41,032 bases of DNA, from NCBI RefSeq assembly GCF_001194135.2, contig NC_068988.1:68710985-68752016 (forward strand), given 5' to 3'. Below are positions 10,216 through 21,790 of this stretch, one piece after another (the stretch's first letter is position 1; every line of letters starts with the position of its first letter). A program made the position numbers and the translations under genes. The notes under the pieces were generated by a model. It had not been told where the DNA came from. It saw only the letters and a program-made list of their open reading frames with translations, and did no database searches. The stretch is from Octopus bimaculoides (taxonomy: Eukaryota).

Positions 10216-10634
10216 AGTAGTAAGCTTATCATGAAATGTCTAAGTCAGCAATTTTCATCTTTTTAACCAGGCCTACTGAATAGATTACACACTGATTAAG
10301 GCACTAAATATTTGTGATGAAATGCTGTCAGCTTTTAATTGTCTTTTTTTTTTGTTTTCAAAATGAGTTTCAAAAATATTTTAAAGCAATCGGATGCACA
10401 TATTGCATTTTACACAAAGATGGGTGCACAAATGCATATTGCCATAGAGATGAGCGCACACGTTGCTCCTAACCACAGAGATGCGTGCACATATTATAGT
10501 TTTACATCAGGCTGGCACACACATTACACTCTTCACACTATGCACAACAGCGGATCAGGTCAATTTAAAGGATTACTCTACTTAAAAATTTTCTGTCCAT
10601 GACCATTCTACCTCTTTATAGAACTCGTCTCAGA

Positions 10635-10790
10635 TTACTCTGGCATTTTTCTGAAAGGCAGAGTGTTATTTGAGAGATACTTGGCAGCTATTGATAACTG
10701 GCGGAGCAACCATATAAAAGACTTGTGTGAAGAAGATTACCGTTAGCTGCATATTCATGGAGAGTATGTGGCTACAAGTAGAAGTCAAAC
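10635..10790. mobile_element. Degenerate interspersed repeat, family unassigned (opposite orientation to 39200-39390)
   Basis: tttgagagatacttggcagctattgata is a diverged reverse complement of aacagataaattttcctcaaatca near 39230. Confidence 0.35.
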
Positions 10791-10928
10791 GGTTGTTAAT
10801 TTCAACGGCTAAAATTATTGATCAACTTAATCTAATAACTTTAATACCTAGATAAATAGTATTAAAGCGTGGGTTTGTGCTTGTAACACCAATCTCCATA
10901 ATAATTATCACTGAAACAGGATAACCGC

Positions 10929-10929
<1 letters not shown>

Positions 10930-10960
<31 letters not shown>
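10930..10960. repeat. (TA)n microsatellite
   Basis: Directly visible. Confidence 0.97.
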
Positions 10961-10962
<2 letters not shown>

Positions 10963-11304
10963 AAAGTGCTGAAGTACTGACTACTTTAATGAAATATATT
11001 GCTACACAGTATTTCTAACTCTCAGAGGAGGTTAGTAATGAATGTTTATAGAGTATCTTGTTTAACATTTACAATTCAAACCGTATTAAATAACGATGCT
11101 AGTGAGCGCTGCAGGACCACTTATTCTTGTTTATCGTTTCTGAAGCTGTTTGAATTGAGTGTACCGTATGATCTCATCTTTCAACTGAGAACTGGATGTA
11201 ATTCATTCAAGGTTCTTGACTAAGTCGTGGAAATCCTATCAGCTCACTCTTCTGTACGATTACCATATTTTTAGCTAGAGTAAAAACTGAATTCCTTTTC
11301 TTTT

Positions 11305-11500
11305 TATTCTTTTTCTTGTTTGAGTCATTGGATTGGGGCTATGCTTGAGCACCATCTTGCATTTTGTAGAACAAATCCACTCCAGTTCTTATGATTTAAA
11401 GTTACACTAAGTAACAGGAGCGTAAACAAAGCAACACCGGTTGTCAAGCAGTGGTAGAGGACAACCACAAAACATAAAGACACACACACACACATATATA
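11305..11500 (-). mobile_element. 3' half of a tRNA-derived SINE (same family as 30756-31119), degenerate
   Basis: tattctttttcttgtttgagtcattggatt...taaacaaagcaacaccggttgtcaagcagtggt aligns by eye to 30756-30925. Confidence 0.7.
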
Positions 11501-11717
11501 GTTGTTCGAATTTGTGTAAATGTGTATAGAATAATATATCAGTTGAATAAAGTTACAATATGGTCTCGTTTCCACGGTTTTTATTACTGCATTAATTTTT
11601 TTTTTGTGAATGTAGAAGTGTGTTAAACATTAAAAAATATTTGGTAATGTTCATAAAGTTCAATTAGTGCTTTTATACATTCGTTGTAATCATCAGATAT
11701 CAAAATGTATTAACTGA

Positions 11718-11961
11718 CATACATACATACATACACACACACANNNNNNNNNNNNNNNNNNNNNNNNNNNNNNNNNNNNNNNNNNTATATATATATACGC
11801 ATATACATATATACGCATATACATATATACATATATATACATATATATACACATATATATATATATATACATACATATATATATATATATACGCATATAC
11901 ATATATACATATATATACATATATATACACACATATATATATATACATACATATATATATA
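11718..11961. repeat. Compound (CATA)/(CA)/(TA) microsatellite containing an assembly gap (N 11744-11785)
   Basis: Directly visible. Confidence 0.97.
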
Positions 11962-12228
11962 TCTACTACATATGTGGAAAATCGGTGTGTGTTTGTTAGT
12001 GACGTTGTTAGTTAACTCCTACATCGTTTTATTGATTTTGATGAAACTTGACACGTGAGTAGAACTCATGTCTAGAAACCTCGTTTCTGGACATGAGTTA
12101 GATTGTTGAAAAAATTGATAATACTTAGATTGTGGAAAAAATTGATAATACGGCCAATAGAAGGGACCTTTATATCTACCTCATATAACTTTTTTGAAGC
12201 ACCCAACGGAAATAACCCGTACCACTTG
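11962..12228 (+). mobile_element. Possible non-autonomous Helitron-like element (~270 bp)
   Basis: 5' A|TC start, an internal gattttgatgaaacttgacac motif typical of non-autonomous Helitron-type repeats, and a 3' end CTTG|T resembling CTAG|T. The subterminal hairpin is poor. An internal ~27-bp tandem duplication sits at ~12098-12151. Confidence 0.35.
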
Positions 12229-12338
12229 TACAATATTTTTTCTAAACACTCAAGGGAAATAACCCATTTTATTGTTTAGGTTCGATTACTTTGCATATTG
12301 ATTGCTTGTGTGTCCTGTTTCTAATTTTTGCAGACAAT

Positions 12339-12442
12339 ATAGGCGCAGGAGTAGCTGTGTGGTAAGTAGCTTGCTTACCAACCACATGGTTCCGGGTTCA
12401 GTCCTCCTGCGTGGCACCTTGGGCAAGTGTCTTCTGCTATAG
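12339..12442 (+). mobile_element. tRNA-derived SINE head plus start of a CORE-like domain, 3'-truncated
   Basis: ataggcgcaggagtagctgtgtgg (A box), ggttcagtcc (B box) and ccttgggcaagtg. Reverse complement of 31015-31119. Confidence 0.85.
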
Positions 12443-12789
12443 TGCTGAAAAAGTCTATCATAGGTATCTAGAAGTATTTCGTCATTGAGCTGGTAGATAT
12501 ATATTGAAACGATAACAAACAAGCAAACCTTTTGACATTATTCAGGAAAATTTAATTTATAATGTAAACATAGTACAGAGTAGTGAAAATAAATATTTAA
12601 AGCCTCTTACAGCTGTTTCTAGATAAAGAAGCATGTGGATCATATGTTATTGAGTAAATAACTCTACGTAAACTAAGTATTCCAATATCGGAGCGAAAGA
12701 AAAAAAAGAGAATATATAGAGACGTAGAATATCCTCAGTGGAGAAGATTAATAGTTACCAGCTTTTCGAAAAGACTAGCAATGTCTCGA

Positions 12790-12890
12790 GTGCCTAAAAG
12801 ATACTTGCTCAAAATGCCACTTAGTAGAACTGAACTGGGAAACATCTGGTTAGGAGGCAAAATTCTTACCGCACAACCACACCTGCACCT
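12790..12890 (-). mobile_element. Degenerate SINE head (family of 12339-12442)
   Basis: gatacttgctcaaaatgccacttagtagaactgaac...cttaccgcacaaccacacctgcacct aligns to 31030-31118. Confidence 0.6.
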
Positions 12891-13309
12891 GTTTTAATAT
12901 TCAAAGAAAATCGTATAATCATTATCGGTTTAATAAATTCGTGAATATCTGTCCAGCTTTTACACGTTTTTCTTCTCCCTCTTCCAAAATCATCCACACC
13001 CCAAAATCCAGTTTCATCTAATTCAATCAATCTAAAATCTGGAGTTCACATAAGAAAATTAGATTTTACATGGAGATGAATAGCATAAACATGAACATTG
13101 CGCTTTGTTAAATTTACTTTCCAAATACTTGCTTTGGAGTTCGATTCCAATCTATGTAACTTTGGATAACAATCTTATAACATGCCCTCGGGTCAATCAA
13201 AACATTGTGAATGAAATGAAATTTGGTACATCGAAATAGTGAGAAGACCTATTGGGTGGATGGGTGGTTGGATGATTCGAGAGAATGATATACGCATATA
13301 TGTGTGTAT

Positions 13310-13330
13310 GAGCGCACGTGTGTGTGTGTG

Positions 13331-13378
<48 letters not shown>
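13310..13378. repeat. (TG)n(GA)n compound microsatellite
   Basis: Directly visible. Confidence 0.97.
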
Positions 13379-13380
<2 letters not shown>

Positions 13381-14505
13381 ATATAAGCCATAGAAACAGA
13401 CAAATACACTGGCATTCATAACATTAATAACAATTTGATATTGAAAATATAGTGACTACAATGTAAAAATGAGATTATTCTAAAGGAGGGTTGCAGAAAA
13501 GTTATAAGTAGAAAGAATGTGGACAATCTCCAAAATATACATTTGAAATCTTAAATACAAATGACTTCTTAAAATGATTCCTTCCATTTAGATAATGTTA
13601 TTCTTGCTTTTAATAGTTTGGATAAGTTCATTATAAGGTCACATTCTTGAGATATTTATGGAAAAAAATTAATAAACATAGGTTGATATACTTATTCTTT
13701 GTTTTTCTTGCTTCTATCTCTCTTAGAATTTAGTCAAAGACAATGACTTATAATTATAATTTGGGGATACGTGTGAAGCTGAAATATTGAGATTCGCAAA
13801 GAGGAAATAAATCAATGCAATTAAATTCAGTAAGTTCATTAAGTACAATCCAATATTTTAATGTGATATATTTCTACTTGACGTCGGTTGGATTTGTAAT
13901 TAATTTGCCTGTGTTTTCAAGGATTATGTGTGTCTGTGTATCGTCAAAATTTCACTTTCTTAACTATGTAATTTCGAGTTCAACTCCCCTGCCCTGTACC
14001 TTGAGCGTCATCTACCAAAGCTTCATGTTGACCACAATCTGTTTTAGCAAATCACCCACTACAGATTTTAAACTTTAATCAACCAACAAGTCGGTCAAAT
14101 CGGTAACAATAAAATTAACTAAATTTATAAATTTAGAGCTGAAGGGACTGCCTGTACCTTTATGTGGGATACGTAAACCGTCACACAGTTTAACATGGAC
14201 TCTTAAATAATTTCCTGTCGGAATGGGTAACCTGTCTGATAATAAAGTTACACTTTGATTTCACCAAACCGAGAGGTACAGGAGAATGTCATGGGTGCCG
14301 TTCTTCTTTTCTGATGTGATCAAACAGTCTGTACATTTAGCTTTGTAGTATTAAATAGCTTGATACGAGCATGGATACTGAAAAACAGTAACGGCTTTCT
14401 TCCGTTTTATCTTCCTTCTCAACTCTGTCTGAAGGTTGACATTATCAGTGATAAGAGCAAGCAGGAGCAGGTGTAAATATTCCATTTAATATTTAAAACA
14501 AATTT

Positions 14506-14679
14506 AAGGCGGCAAACACAGAATGATAAGCATACTGGAAAAATTGCTTAGCGTCTGCCTTTAGGTTCTGAGTTCAAATTCCGCCGAGGTGGACTTTGCT
14601 TTTCATCCTTCCGTAGCTGATAAAGTACCAGTTACACACAGGCCGATGTAATCGACTTATCCTCTCCTCACTGAAATTG

Positions 14680-14682
<3 letters not shown>
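14506..14682 (+). mobile_element. tRNA-derived SINE (second family)
   Basis: aaggcggc...gttctgagttcaaattccgccgaggtggactttgcttttcatcc...aagtaccagtt...gatgtaatcgac, homologous to 30030-30248 and to the reverse complement of 38784-38990. Confidence 0.8.
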
Positions 14683-14765
<83 letters not shown>

Positions 14766-15376
14766 NNNNNNNNNNNNNNNNNNNNNNNNNNNNNNNNNNN
14801 NNNNNNNNNNNNNNNNNNNNNNNNNNNNNNNNNNNNNNNNNNNNNNNNNNNNNNNNNNNNNNNNNNNNNNNNNNNNNNNNNNNNNNNNNNNNNNNNNNNN
14901 NNNNNNNNNNNNNNNNNNNNNNNNNNNNNNNNNNNNNNNNNNNNNNNNNNNNNNNNNNNNNNNNNNNNNNNNNNNNNNNNNNNNNNNNNNNNNNNNNNNN
15001 NNNNNNNNNNNNNNNNNNNNNNNNNNNNNNNNNNNNNNNNNNNNNNNNNNNNNNNNNNNNNNNNNNNNNNNNNNNNNNNNNNNNNNNNNNNNNNNNNNNN
15101 NNNNNNNNNNNNNNNNNNNNNNNNNNNNNNNNNNNNNNNNNNNNNNNNNNNNNNNNNNNNNNNNNNNNNNNNNNNNNNNNNNNNNNNNNNNNNNNNNNNN
15201 NNNNNNNNATATATGTATATATATGTATGTATATATATGTATGGATATATATATATATATACATATGTGTATATATATATATGTATATATATATGTATGT
15301 ATATATATGTATGGACATATATATATATATATACATATATATGTGTGTGTGTATTTATGTATGTATATATATGTAT
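14683..15376. repeat. (TA)n(TG)n and compound TA/TG microsatellite spanning an assembly gap (N 14766-15208)
   Basis: Directly visible. Confidence 0.97.
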
Positions 15377-18068
15377 GCGTTCGGGCCATGAGAGGGGTAG
15401 AGAGCTGGACTGAACATCATCTAGTGCATGGAAAATTAGATTTTTCGATAATGCCTAAAAATTTACAGTGTGGTCCTAAGGGACCCAAAATGTTAAATGC
15501 TGCAAACTTTAAATTATCAAAGAAATTGCAAAGATTCCACGATGCTATAGAAAGTATCAATCTTGACTCAAACAATATATGCGAAGATTTCAAAACAAAA
15601 GTATTTCAGGCTGCACGATCGTCAGTGGGATTTAAATCACATAAGTCCAGTGATTGCTTCTCATATAGATCAGGAGAAATTCATGATCAACTTCTAGAAA
15701 ACAAAACTCAGTCCTTGAACCCCAACTCAAATGAAGCTTATAGAAATCTCAAAAGGAAAGTGCAGACTGCTTTAAGGAAAATTACACACGAATGGTGAAA
15801 TGATACAGCAAAAGGGGCACAAGAATTAACTGATAGAAATTATGCCAAGGGTTTGTACTCTTATGTTAAAGAGGTATATGATACAACAAAATTTTCTCAA
15901 ATATCTCCAGTGAGAACAGAAAATGGACGTTTGCTACTGACTGACACCGCTTCTATTCATAAGGGCTAGGTAGAACATTCTTCTGCAGTTTTGAATAGAC
16001 CATCATCCGCTGACATGAAAACGATAGAAAAAATCGAACACCTTCCAGTTATAGAAGAGATTGCATTTGAACCAACTCTAAATGACATTTATTTAACTGT
16101 GAATAAGCTGAATAACAATCAGTCTCCAGGGCCTGATGGAATCTGTGCAGAAGTCTTGAAATATGGGGGTGACAAAATGTTTGAACGCTTAAATATATTA
16201 ATTTGCCACTGTTGGAGACTTGAGAAAGTGCCTCCAGACTGGATTGATACCATTTTAGTCTCCTTGTATAAATCGGGGCCAAAAGATCTGTGTGGTAATT
16301 TTCGTGGGATTTCGTTTTTGTCTGTGGTTGTAAAGGTACTTGCCCGCATTTTGATAGAACGTTTAAATACCTTTATAGTTCCAAATATAGTGTCTGAGTT
16401 TCAGTGTGGTTTTCGTTCTTCCAGGGGCACAGCTGATTGTATCTTTACTGTCAGACAATTATAAGAAAAGTGGATTGAACAGAATCTTGCCCTATACCAT
16501 TGCTTTTTTGATTTGAGCAAGCATTCGATACTGTTAATCGAAATGCTCTGTGGCTAATTCTAAGGAAAATAGGTTACCCGGAAAAATTTGTAAAAATGAT
16601 CAAGGCTTCGCATCAAGATATGAAAGCTAGAGTTAACTTTGGTGGTAGGCTCTCTAAATCTTTTGCCGTGAAAAATGGAGTAAAGCAAGGAGACCTTGAT
16701 GCACCCACCCTTTTTGCAATATACTTTGCTATTGTGTTGTCTCATGCTTTTCAAAACTCTGAGGAGGGTATTTACATAAAATATCGAACAACAGAGAATG
16801 TTTTTGATCTGACCAGACTGAAGTTCAAACGAAGGTTTTACTTCACTCATTAGGGAACTTCTGTACGCTGACGATTGTGATCTTGTCAGTCACTCTGAAA
16901 CAGGTCTGCAATCTCTTGTATCTGCAGTTGACTCAGCTTGTGAAGATTTTGGCTTTACCATCAACTTGAAAAAAAAAACAGTTGTAATGCATCAACCTGC
17001 GTGTGGTGCTGTTTGTAACGCCCCTAAAATTTTTGTTAAGTGTAAGTTACTTGAGGTTGTCGATTCGTTCATCTGCCTTGGAAGCTCTTTTCAAAATGAT
17101 GGAAATCTTGATAAAGATGTACAGCTGCGAATTCAAATGGCAGCAAAAGCATTCGGTGACTTGGATTCACGCGTTTGGTACCAGTGACATATAAATAAGA
17201 ATACAAAGCTGGCTCTTTACAAATTATTTGTCTTACCATCCCTGTTGTATTCCTCTAAAACTTGAACTTGTTATGAAAGGTATTTTAAATTGTTAGAACA
17301 ATTCCACCAAAAATGCCTTCATCGCATTTTGAGAATTAGATGGATTTCTTTTATTCCAAAGACCGATGTCCTTGCATCTGCAGGCATCACCTCAATTAAA
17401 GCTATGATTTTGAGGAACCAAATGAGATGGTGTGGCCATATTGTCCGAATGGCACATGAATGCATGCCGAAACAGCTGTTTTATGGTTAGCTTGCAAAGG
17501 AGAAACGCTATCGGCGTAAACCTAAAAAAGGTTTAAGGACGGCATAAGGACTACTATGAAGTCACTTGGAATGGATCCAGAAGACATAGAAACCCTTGCT
17601 TCGGATCGAGTTGGATGGCGAACAAAAGTGTGGAGTGAAGTGAAAGCATTTAAAGAGGCCAGGATAACGCATATAATACTCAGAAGAGATCCAAAGTAAA
17701 TGACAATGACCTTTTTATATGCACAGTCTGTGATATATCATACCCGTCAATTGCTGGGCTCATATCTCATCTGCGAACGCATGGAACAGGAACCTCCACT
17801 AACTATTCTGCTTATATGACTGTGTACACCTTTGAACGCAGTGTATGTCAGAATGTTTGCAAATCCAACGGAGGCTTCAAAAGACATTTTAAGATCCACA
17901 AAGATCAGAACTTATCTGCATCTCTTCGTGGTCAAAATCGGATGTGAAATCTGTGCGGGTGTCCTTTCAGAACATTGTCTGGTTTTAAAATTCCACAACA
18001 GCTGTCATGTTGGTACTAAGGTCTAGGTACAGGTGGGCAATCTCTGAAGAAGGAATGGACAACCACCA
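15377..18068 (+). mobile_element. 5'-truncated RTE-clade LINE (end of APE, RT, C-terminal C2H2 array), pseudogenised
   Basis: [15 protein letters not shown] (APE end), SPGPDGICAEVLKYGG, CGNFRGISFLSVVVKVLARIL, QCGFRSSRGTADCIF, GVKQGDLDAPTLF, LLYADDCDL (YADD 16864-16875), QMRWCGHIVRM and PKQLFYG. Zinc fingers at 17720-18010; 3' end ~18068 runs into a microsatellite. Confidence 0.93.
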
Positions 18069-18083
18069 TGTATATAAATATAT

Positions 18084-18088
<5 letters not shown>

Positions 18089-18135
<47 letters not shown>
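18089..18135. repeat. (GA)n microsatellite
   Basis: Directly visible. Confidence 0.98.
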
Positions 18136-18138
<3 letters not shown>

Positions 18139-18274
18139 AGTATTATCACAACTGCCTGGTAACCGGTCACGTAAATCTCGGAATACCAATCCAATATGTC
18201 AAAATGTTTCTCAGCTTTAATAANNNNNNNNNNTATATATATATATATATATATGTGTGTATATATATATATAT

Positions 18275-18860
18275 GAGATAGTTTTTGTGAAGCATTCTGT
18301 GGCATAACTTTAAAAAACGTTGTTGTGTAAAGCCGGCATAACGCGAGAAGATACAAAGTAAGCTACAAAAGGTTAAGAACATGCGCAGACTGGTGTTGCT
18401 ATAGCAACCAGCCTGTGCCGTGTAGTTCCTTCTTGTGGCTAATGGCTGGTCTCAATTTGTTTATAAGAAGGGCTTCCACAATTCTGAGATTGCCCCTGTT
18501 GCGTTGGGTTGCCTTGATGTAAACTTTGAAATTCAGGGTTTGACACTTCTTAAAGTGTTAAATTATGGAAGTGTCCGTTTGCATGTGCTCATTTATACGA
18601 ATGTGCAGTTTCCTGATAGTACTTCCTATTTAATATGTCCACACATTTACTGCAGACTACTTCGTATACCACATAAACCCTCGAGCATGTTTTGATGTCG
18701 TTAATGAGGCTGTTGGTGAGTGTGCACCCCAAGGTGCTATCTTTTGGGTGCACTCTACAGAATCTGAGACCAACATTCCCAAATTGTTCGACACTATTTC
18801 ATACACTGACCAGCAACTGAATTTCGGCCAACTGCACCACCAGTCACACGGCGTCGTCAC
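18275..18860 (-). mobile_element. Penelope-like GIY-YIG endonuclease end plus 3' UTR, inverted relative to 18870-19965
   Basis: Minus strand reads VYVVYEVVCSKC..(frameshift)..IGSTIRKLHIRINEH...NLRIVEALLINKLRPAISHKKELHGTGWLL*. The outer end abuts (TA)n at ~18274. Confidence 0.8.
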
Positions 18861-18869
18861 CTGCTGCTA

Positions 18870-18880
18870 ATGCTGTTGTC

Positions 18881-18913
<33 letters not shown>

Positions 18914-19965
18914 ATCAATGTTGCTAATTTGGCTTATACCACTACAACTATCACTACTACTGCTGCTATTACTGCTGCCTCTACAGAAAACTTTGTCACA
19001 CACTTCATCGGCTCACTCGCTTCAACTCCTAATCCTACGACCGAAGTTGATGTTAACACAACGTCTCAATGACAAACTCATACTTGACACAGGATCTAAC
19101 TTTTGCAGGAATACTTACCAATTAAAATTGGTTTCCGCCTTAAAACATCTTCCTTCCTCTTCTTCATCATCATCATCATCATTATCATCATCATCATCAT
19201 CATCACCTCCAGTTCCCTCACTCTCTTCTTCTTCTTCTTCCTCTCCTCTTTCCACTTCAAGATATACCCATTTAGCACCTTGACAACACACTCCACCCTT
19301 CCTCCACACAACCTCGAGCTCAACACTAGACTAGCTAGAATTGATCCCATTTTTAACACCTTAGATACACGCCCCACTCCACCACACAATCTTTAAAAAT
19401 TTCAATTCCTCACCCTAAAAAACCACGACCTAATGACCTCGACTACCTGCCCTCAACAAGGGGAAGGAATTCTGCGTCATAGCTTGGTCCACTTACGACA
19501 AATTAGCAATCAAATATTTCAACGACACTACACTATACGATAAAGCACACACCACACCTAGTAAGCTTGAACTCAAGATTAACGTCTGGTGGACCAACAT
19601 TTTCCACAATAGAAACCTCTCGAAGAAGATTAGGCTCGATTTCACATATAAAATTATCCACCTCCCCTCTTTCTACTGCTTAGTAAAAACCCGGGTCCAA
19701 ACTTGCTTATGTGCAGAATAAGATCACACGTATAGGACAAAGATGCAGCGAAGCAACGGACAAAGCTACAAACACCATGTGGTTTCTCAGGAACTTAGCA
19801 CACAACGGCTATCCGCCATCTGCAGCTAAACGACTGCATCCACGAAACAAGAAAGTGGGGAAAGAACATGAGCCAATCCATAACACCAAGTCGGAAAAGT
19901 GCTTCCTGGAACTGCCCTACTTCGACGACAGAACTGCAGCTGTCCAACATGGAACTCAATATACT
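18870..19965 (+). mobile_element. Penelope-like element 5' ORF region, internally deleted (RT core missing)
   Basis: EYLPIKIGFRLK (~19106-19141), KGKEFCVIAWSTYDKLAIKYFNDTTLY (~19458-19540) and LPSFYCLVKT (~19661-19690) jump directly to thumb-region motifs LAHNGYP and FLELPYFDD (~19795-19930). The N-terminal region carries (CTG/CTA)n, (CAT)n and (CTT)n tracts. Confidence 0.7.
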
Positions 19966-20699
19966 GTTGAGGATTGAACTCATACTTAATAGAGACGGAA
20001 TAAAATGTTACAAGTTATTGGATCGATGTTCTACCCTTTCTGCAATCCTATTTTTTCTCTCGTGAATGAAATAAAAACTCACTTTGCATTACCGTTTCTC
20101 AGAAGCAATTATCATTGAATACTAAAATATCACAAACATTATGTTAAATGAAGAAAGAGAATTAAAAGCCTTAGGCCAAATACAGAATAAATGCTCAGAA
20201 ATAACAAGATAGTATACAGCACACACATAATGGAAGATTTAGGAAGAATTATAATGCATGCAGTGGAATTTATTTCAGTAAACTAGGCTAAATGCCTAAA
20301 ATAATGTTATAGTTATAGCTACTATAGTTATTGTTTTATTGTAAGAGTCTCAACTGCGAGCTAAAAAAATTATCAACACTACACGAGAAAATAAGAAAAA
20401 TATCGCTATGATTCCAATACACCGCCGAATAACTGACGCCGAAACATCATTTTTACCATAATAAGGAAGATAAAGACCTCGTGTGATTAGAGAACTATTA
20501 TAAAATATCTGCTCTACTAGAATATCAAATAAAGAATACAGGAAAATAATGCAGAAACCTTTTAAAATTGAACCATACAAAAATGTTTTCCATCTTCAGT
20601 GAGGCTAATAGATATGAAACAGGAGCTGATATAGATGAAATGTACAAGGAGGGTACAAAAACATTAAGACAATTCGTTTTCGAAAGGTTTCAATAAAAA

Positions 20700-21360
20700 T
20701 CAAACTGCAAAATATCATAAGATTTTCACCCCAAAAAACCCACCCAGAATGGTCAATATTTGACAGAAATAGAAAGCAGAATTGTATGTTTTATACACGA
20801 CCATGTCAGAAAAGGTTTCGTTGATATCACAGGTCTTTTCAGAATAGGTTGGTGTAGTGAAGAAACAATCAACCTTATTGTTTCTGACAACTTAGTCTCA
20901 GATATAACTAGATATGTCAAGATTAATTGGAAGATTCAAACAATGGAAAATATGTAAGAATTATGCAATAACAGAAAATACAAGAGAAAAGGAAATGAAA
21001 GCTATCATAGTCGTACTTGAATTGTCAACATTGTGAAGATACTCTTAAAGATATCGATTTATATGGACCAGACTATTTAGAAGAAAACGAGATATTTTAC
21101 AAATAGAAACAACAAATAAAGAAGCTCTCAATGTTTCACCTCCTACCAACATCAATATGTATGTGAAAGAAGTTAAAAACTATAGGATTTTGTGAAACTG
21201 GAACTAGAAATATGGTGGAATTCAAAGCATTATTAATAATAGACGACTAGCATGATAAAACTAAAAAACAACTAGAAACAAATAAATTAAAAAACTTATT
21301 CACCAAAACATATCACAGCTAAGCATTCAACACAAATTATGTTGGGTACTCACAATACAG
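20700..21360 (+). mobile_element. Highly decayed R4/Dong-like RLE LINE 3' fragment
   Basis: Scattered motifs in the expected order: EETINLIVS (CCHC region), a PD-like ggaccagac, a K..KY.D...E...W-like stretch at ~21165-21220, and IQHKIMLGTH. Confidence 0.4.
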
Positions 21361-21694
21361 TAGCCACAATCACAACACAAAATACTTTCCAAGTACAAGA
21401 CGCTGGCATTCGGTGAATGTGCGCAATAATAACATGACTAGTAAAATGATTACACGCTAAGGCTTCTGTCGGTCAATGTGGGCTATATATCTGAGATCTG
21501 TAGACGAAAATTTGCTCTCTAAGACACAGGCTTGTGCAGTTTTCCTTCTTTTTTGTATGCAAGACCAATAATTGCAGCCAAACTCCTCTCTCCACTCTGC
21601 CGATGTTGTCTATGGAAAAGATAAGAACCTTTAAAGGTTGACACCAATGTTGTGAACTCGGAAAACAATGTGCCAGAACAAATACCACAAGGTA

Positions 21695-21790
21695 TCTTGT
21701 CCAGTATTTCAACACTGCTTCCTGGGTTGTCACTTTATTTTATCGAACTTGGAAGGATGAAAAGTATAGATGATCTGGCCGTGGTTTGTA
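21695..21790 (-). mobile_element. Degenerate SINE fragment (family of 30030-30248)
   Basis: tttattttatcgaacttggaaggatgaaaagtatagatga resembles the reverse complement of the family core. Confidence 0.45.

Noticed and set aside
14100-14340. Minus-strand protein-like frame (...RLPIPTGNYLRVHVKLCDGLRIPHKG)
   Set aside because: Short, with weak splice signals and no family match I can name.
14574-15413. Long ORFs in the supplied track (poly-X, YI, CV, TH repeats); also 3508-3807, 11693-11952, 34863-35472, 36179-36512, 37247-37787 and 40047-40424
   Set aside because: Artefacts of N gaps and dinucleotide microsatellites.
18040-18068. CTGAAGAAGG hammerhead-like box at the RTE 3' end
   Set aside because: No downstream GAAA or stems.
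18870-19396. Poly-Leu, poly-Ser, poly-Ile and poly-Met ORFs resembling signal peptides or membrane proteins
   Set aside because: They derive from trinucleotide tracts inside a Penelope relic.
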